DNA of 64,000 nucleotides, from NCBI GenBank assembly GCA_951406725.2, contig OX597832.1, positions 62,992,001-63,056,000 on the forward strand, given 5' to 3'. Position numbers and translations under genes: made by a program. The notes beneath the pieces are model-generated. The model worked only from the letters and a program-made list of their open reading frames with translations. It made no database searches and was not told where the DNA came from. The stretch comes from Octopus vulgaris (Eukaryota). Below, piece by piece: positions 63,253 through 64,000 of this stretch. The number at the start of each line of letters is the position of its first letter. Within the stretch, counting starts at the first letter, position 1.

Positions 63253-63592
63253 AGAGGCGCAATGGCCCAGTGGTTAGATCGCAGTTTCGATTCCCAGACC
63301 GGACGTTGTGAGTGTTTATTGAGCGAAAACACCTAAGGCTCCACGAGGCTCCGGCAGGGGCTGGTGGCGAACCCTGCTGTACTCTTTCACCACAACTTTC
63401 TCTCACTCTTTCCTCCTGTTTCTGCTGTATCGGTATTTCAAAGTGCCAGCCTTGTCACACTCTGTTTCACGCTGAATCTCCCCGAGAGCTACATTAAGGG
63501 TACACGTGTCTGTGGAGTGCTCAGTTAATTTCACAAGCGGGTTGTTCCATTGATCATCTGGAACCCTCGTCGTCGTAACCGACGGAGTGCCA
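63253..63592 (+). mobile_element. SINE family D head/body with tail type 3 (shared with 36990-37165)
   Basis: GAGGCGCAATGGCCCAGTGGTTAG...CGATTCCCAGACC; tail GTATTTCAAA...GCCTTGTCACACT...GTCGTCGTAACCGACGG. Confidence 0.82.
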
Positions 63593-63603
63593 CGGTAATG
63601 ATA

Positions 63604-63640
<37 letters not shown>

Positions 63641-64000
63641 CGACGACGACGACATCAATGACTGTGAGGACAACGACGAAGACGACGTTCATACAGTATA
63701 CAGCGCGCGTCTGCACTTCAGCTGCTGATCCGGTTCATCTAACACGCGACTAGTGCAGCTGGTGCTGGTGTTGCTTCTTCTTCTTCTTCTTCTTCTTCTT
63801 CTTCTTCTTCTTCTTCCAATCAGGACTCACGCCATTAGCCACAAAGAATAATCTCTAATCCGAGCCTACTCTAAGCTACTAAGAATGCGTGCGGCAACTT
63901 GAAGATCCACCCACCACTCGCGATAGACTGGCGGTTGCACGGGCGCGAAAGCTACGTTGTTATCCTCATTCCGTAAACGTTGGCTTTTAACGGGTGGAGA

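Overview
AT-rich, extremely microsatellite-dense eukaryotic non-coding DNA. The repeat landscape looks like an octopus (coleoid cephalopod) intron or intergenic region; this is an inference from pattern recognition, not a database hit. No intact host protein-coding gene is supportable, and nearly all ORF-track entries are translations of microsatellites or SINEs. The window holds about 40 copies of at least five tRNA-derived SINE families. It also has degraded non-LTR retrotransposons (one Tx1/L1-like RT, several R4/Dong-like RT and restriction-like-endonuclease pieces, an RTE-like 3' end, Penelope-like pieces), two copies of a non-autonomous Helitron, a Tc2-like MITE and several fold-back elements. 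Most interesting: (1) a cluster of hammerhead ribozyme (HHR) motifs in small non-autonomous elements, including a tRNA-headed SINE with a complete minimal type I HHR in its tail, a CUGUUGA core variant and a possible permuted form; (2) a SINE that appears to insert as multimers under one target-site duplication (TSD) and repeatedly at an ATTTATCATT-like target, building a repeat/insert array; (3) a 14-unit array with a conserved palindromic core and variable spacers; (4) a pre-miRNA-like hairpin; (5) a candidate TATA/CRE promoter with a first exon. Element boundaries are read by eye and are approximate unless a motif is quoted.
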